Below, piece after piece: positions 60,725-64,000 of a DNA stretch of 64,000 nt. Source of the DNA: an uncultured Candidatus Saccharibacteria bacterium (lineage in GTDB: Bacteria > Patescibacteriota > Minisyncoccia > Phycocordibacterales > UBA6899); NCBI GenBank assembly GCA_964386905.1, contig CAYLUP010000001.1, positions 109,660 to 173,659 of the forward strand, given 5' to 3'. The first letter of the stretch is position 1, and each line of letters opens with the position of its first letter. The notes under the pieces are model-generated. The model ran no database searches and had not been told where the DNA came from. It was given only the letters and a program-made list of their open reading frames with translations. A program made the translations under genes and the position numbers.

Positions 60725-61738
60725 TTAAATTTCCAGGAATTCTGTCTGGGAGGGTGTTTCTGGTTTGACAAGTGTCATGCAACCTTCTTTCGGAAGCTCA
60801 ATTGTAAATATTGCTCCTTTCCCAGGACCAGGAGAGTCAATATGAATTTGCCCGTGCATACCAGAGATCAGTTTCTTTGAAATATAGAGACCTAAGCCAG
60901 ATCCATCTGTAAATTGACGTGCACCGCGTTCTCCGCGTTGAAATTTTCCAAACAAAAGGCGAATGTCTTCGTGTGCTATGCCAATCCCTGTATCCGAAAC
61001 TTCGATGAGTTGAGTATTATTGTCGCTATTTTTTATACAAATCGTAACTTTTCCTTGAGGAGTGTAGTTTATTGCATTATCGACGATATTATGCAGTACC
61101 TCTCTGAGTTTTTGCTCGTCTGCGAGCGCAAGATATGGGGTTTCTGATGGTTGAACATCGATAAACAGATGCAGATTTTTTTCTGTAGCCTTCTGGGAAA
61201 ATTCGTCAACAACTTCGTGAACAAGGTGGACGGTATCTATTGGTGTAATGTCATATGCAAGATCTCCTTGTTCTATACGTGAAATTCGCAAAAGCTCATT
61301 TACAAGATTTGTAAGCCTTACAGCAGACTTGTGCGCTCGTGTGATGGGCATGTTCAATTCAATTGGAATTTGTCCGTAAGAATGTTCAAGAATCATTGAA
61401 AGATATCCTGTGAGGGCTGTGAGCGGTGTGCGAAGCTGATGTGATGCTATAGATATAAATTCATTTTTGCGTTCAGAAGAGATGCGGAGCTGTTCGTTGC
61501 TCCTTGCGAGTTCCCAGTTTTTATTTGAGAGACTCCTGGAAAGTTCTCGAAGGCGAACAGCATCCATGCTTGCATGAATGATTGCCCTCCGTGTGATATA
61601 GAAAACTACTGGCATTGTTGCAAGAAGAACAATGCCCAAAATTCGTTCGTTCCATGTTTTTGAGAACACAAAAAGAAGTGCCCCTATAGTCATTTGTACA
61701 AGAAAGACGAGAATGAACATGCGTACAAATCTATTCAT
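60725..61738 (-). CDS. Sensor histidine kinase
   Basis: 2 TM, ASHQLRTPL, DNAINY, DTGIG, GSGLGL. Confidence 0.92.
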   Translation of the reverse strand: MNRFVRMFILVFLVQMTIGALLFVFSKTWNERILGIVLLATMPVVFYITRRAIIHASMDAVRLRELSRSLSNKNWELARSNEQLRISSERKNEFISIASHQLRTPLTALTGYLSMILEHSYGQIPIELNMPITRAHKSAVRLTNLVNELLRISRIEQGDLAYDITPIDTVHLVHEVVDEFSQKATEKNLHLFIDVQPSETPYLALADEQKLREVLHNIVDNAINYTPQGKVTICIKNSDNNTQLIEVSDTGIGIAHEDIRLLFGKFQRGERGARQFTDGSGLGLYISKKLISGMHGQIHIDSPGPGKGAIFTIELPKEGCMTLVKPETPSQTEFLEI

Positions 61739-61794
61739 GTATATAAGTGTATCACAAATTTATATACGTATCCGTGGATAATAAAACGAGAAGG

Positions 61795-62856
61795 CTAGTA
61801 CCCTTCTCGTTCTAATTCTTTTAAAAGCTCTTTTGCTTTTTTTGATGGGCGGGATGGTTGCTCAAAGAGGAGTTTGATAAGAATATCGCTTGGTTTCCCT
61901 CGTCGTATTCCAGGAATCCCTTTCTCTTTCATTCTCAGTATCGTTCCAACGGAAGTTCTTTCTGGGATATCAATTTCAAATTCATCACCTTTCACTGACT
62001 TGAGTGTTTTCTTTGTGCCAAGAATCGCTTCAGTCATTTTGATTGGCAATTCAATGTATAGATCATCGCCATCACGTTTCCATGTCTTATGCGGTTCAAC
62101 GTGAACGGTTATGTATAGATCTCCTGGTATTCCATGGGGGATTGCCTCACCTTTTCCTGTCATGCGAAGCGTCTCACCATTTCGGACTCCTGGGGGAATT
62201 GGGATTGCAATCTCTTCCTCCTTCCTCGTGACGCCGTCACCTCCACAATCACGGCAAAGCTCTTCTGGAATTCTTCCTGCGCCATCACATGCATTACACA
62301 CAACACTCGTTTGTATTGAGCCAAGTATTGTCTGCTGAATACGTATGGTTTTACCTTTTCCATGACACTCTCCGCATGTTTTGAGTTTCGACCCAGGCTT
62401 TGCGCCACTTCCACTGCATGTTGAACATGCAGTGTGTTTTCGTAGTCGTGTAGTTTTTGTCGCACCATACACAGAATCAGCGAATGACATTTGAATATCA
62501 ATTTGGATATCTCTCCCCTGTGGTGTTCTCTGTGATCGTGCGCCGCCGCCGGAAAACATATCAAATATGTCACCCATATCAAAACCTCCTTGAAATCCTG
62601 AAAAATCAAAACCTCCAAAGCCTCCCCCTGCTCCGTTGAATTGAGGACCGTCTGCTGACCCATATTGATCATATCGCGAACGCTTCTCATCGTCTGAGAG
62701 AACTTGGTAGGCCTCGTTGACCTCTTTGAACCGCTTTTCGTCGCCGGTCTTTTTATCTGGATGATATTGATGTGCAAGTTTGTAGAATGCTTTCTTGATC
62801 TCGTCTTTTGACGCGTTTTTTGATACACCGAGTGTGTTGTAGTAATCTTTTGGCAT
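61795..62856 (-). CDS. dnaJ: Chaperone DnaJ
   Basis: HPD, G/F-rich region, four CxxCxGxG repeats. Confidence 0.97.
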   Translation of the reverse strand: MPKDYYNTLGVSKNASKDEIKKAFYKLAHQYHPDKKTGDEKRFKEVNEAYQVLSDDEKRSRYDQYGSADGPQFNGAGGGFGGFDFSGFQGGFDMGDIFDMFSGGGARSQRTPQGRDIQIDIQMSFADSVYGATKTTRLRKHTACSTCSGSGAKPGSKLKTCGECHGKGKTIRIQQTILGSIQTSVVCNACDGAGRIPEELCRDCGGDGVTRKEEEIAIPIPPGVRNGETLRMTGKGEAIPHGIPGDLYITVHVEPHKTWKRDGDDLYIELPIKMTEAILGTKKTLKSVKGDEFEIDIPERTSVGTILRMKEKGIPGIRRGKPSDILIKLLFEQPSRPSKKAKELLKELEREGY

Positions 62857-63023
62857 GGCGGTTTAAAATATGTATTGCATTATAGTCTTTTTTGTGAAAC
62901 TGACAATAAATGAGCTTGAATGCAATGTATAAAAGAAAACAGTTTTACATTCGTAATATACAATATGCACTATTGAGTGGCTTTTGAGAAAATACACAAC
63001 CAAAGTTGTGTATTTTCTTTGGA

Positions 63024-64000
63024 CTATATGTCCCGCACAGTATCAGAATCACCAGACTTTGCAGCTCCATCTGCTGAATTTGTCCCAGCATTTTCTGTTG
63101 ATTGTTGTTTTGCCATCGCTTCACCAATCGTGCTCAATGCAGAGCTCAGTTCCTCTGTGCCTTTTTTGATTGCATCCAAATCATTTCCTGAAACAAGAGC
63201 TTTCAGTGCAGACGCTTTCTCATCAACATTCTTCTTGATATCTTCGGGGATTTTCCCTTCGTTATCTTTTAATGATTTTTCTGCGGTGTATAGTATCGTT
63301 TCTGCAAGATTCTTTACTTCAACAGCTTCCTTCTTTTTCTTGTCTTCATCAGCATGGATTTCAGCTTCTTTTGTCATACGCTCAATGTCGGCATCAGAAA
63401 GAGTAGATCGTGATTCAATCCTAATAGTTTGTTCTTTGCCGGATGTTTTGTCTTTCGCTTTCACATTGAGAATACCATCGACATTTACATCAAACGTCAC
63501 TTCAACCTGCGGAACGCCTCGGGGAGCTGGTGGGATGCCGTCGAGAATGAATCGACCGAGTGTTTTATTGTCAGCCGCCATTGGACGCTCGCCTTGAACG
63601 ATATGAATTTCAACAGAGGTTTGATTGTCGGCAGCTGTCGAAAATATCTGCGACTTACTTGCTGGGATTGTCGTGTTTCGCTCAATAAGTTTTGTTGCAA
63701 CATTACCCATTGTTTCAATACCAAGAGAAAGTGGAATGACATCAAGAAGTAAAACATCGTGAACATCGCCCTGGAGGATTCCGCCTTGGATCGCTGCTCC
63801 AATCGCCACAACTTCGTCAGGATTAACTGACATGTTTGGCTTCTTGCCAAAGAAGTCTTCAACTGCTTTTTGTATTGCTGGCATACGTGTTTGGCCGCCA
63901 ACCATGACAATCTCATGGATTTCTGTTTTCGGGAAAGGTGCCGCATCGATAGCACGCTTTGTTATCATCATCGCACGGTCAATGAATTCTTGAGAGAGTT
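63024..64000 (-). CDS. dnaK: Chaperone DnaK (C-terminal part, runs off the window)
   Basis: [40 protein letters not shown]. Confidence 0.97.
   Translation of the reverse strand, partial: LSQEFIDRAMMITKRAIDAAPFPKTEIHEIVMVGGQTRMPAIQKAVEDFFGKKPNMSVNPDEVVAIGAAIQGGILQGDVHDVLLLDVIPLSLGIETMGNVATKLIERNTTIPASKSQIFSTAADNQTSVEIHIVQGERPMAADNKTLGRFILDGIPPAPRGVPQVEVTFDVNVDGILNVKAKDKTSGKEQTIRIESRSTLSDADIERMTKEAEIHADEDKKKKEAVEVKNLAETILYTAEKSLKDNEGKIPEDIKKNVDEKASALKALVSGNDLDAIKKGTEELSSALSTIGEAMAKQQSTENAGTNSADGAAKSGDSDTVRDI

Noticed and set aside
62977-63597. Long + strand ORF opposite dnaK (and similar ones opposite clpB and dnaJ)
   Set aside because: Known antisense shadow frames of conserved chaperone genes.

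Overview
A compact housekeeping region from a reduced bacterial genome, most likely Patescibacteria/CPR (Parcubacteria-like; inferred from the short IF-2, GAD-less AspRS, VirB2-like pilin array and absence of amino-acid or nucleotide biosynthesis genes). It holds about 58 CDS: translation genes, chaperones (clpB, dnaJ, partial dnaK), scattered cell-wall genes, a GT4-GH57-GH15-pgi-ROK alpha-glucan operon, two-component genes, six pilins, surface proteins and three GC-rich orphans. There are six tRNAs. The most striking unexplained structure is a family of ~190-200 bp non-coding elements behind 4 of the 6 tRNAs. Each carries an antisense copy of its own host tRNA's T-arm and acceptor strand. In three of them this copy is interrupted at the same position by A-[perfect hairpin]-GT, and the elements share downstream motifs. 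Two elements end by re-creating the tRNA 3' end plus terminator, and one is tandemly amplified. Other points: all six tRNA genes end N73-C-A rather than CCA, many genes look leaderless, ClpB carries an IGF loop, one protein looks like a PheT-B5/NlpC-P60/C39 chimera, and there is a membrane-anchored half-degenerate Clp ATPase. All calls are by eye; no searches were run.
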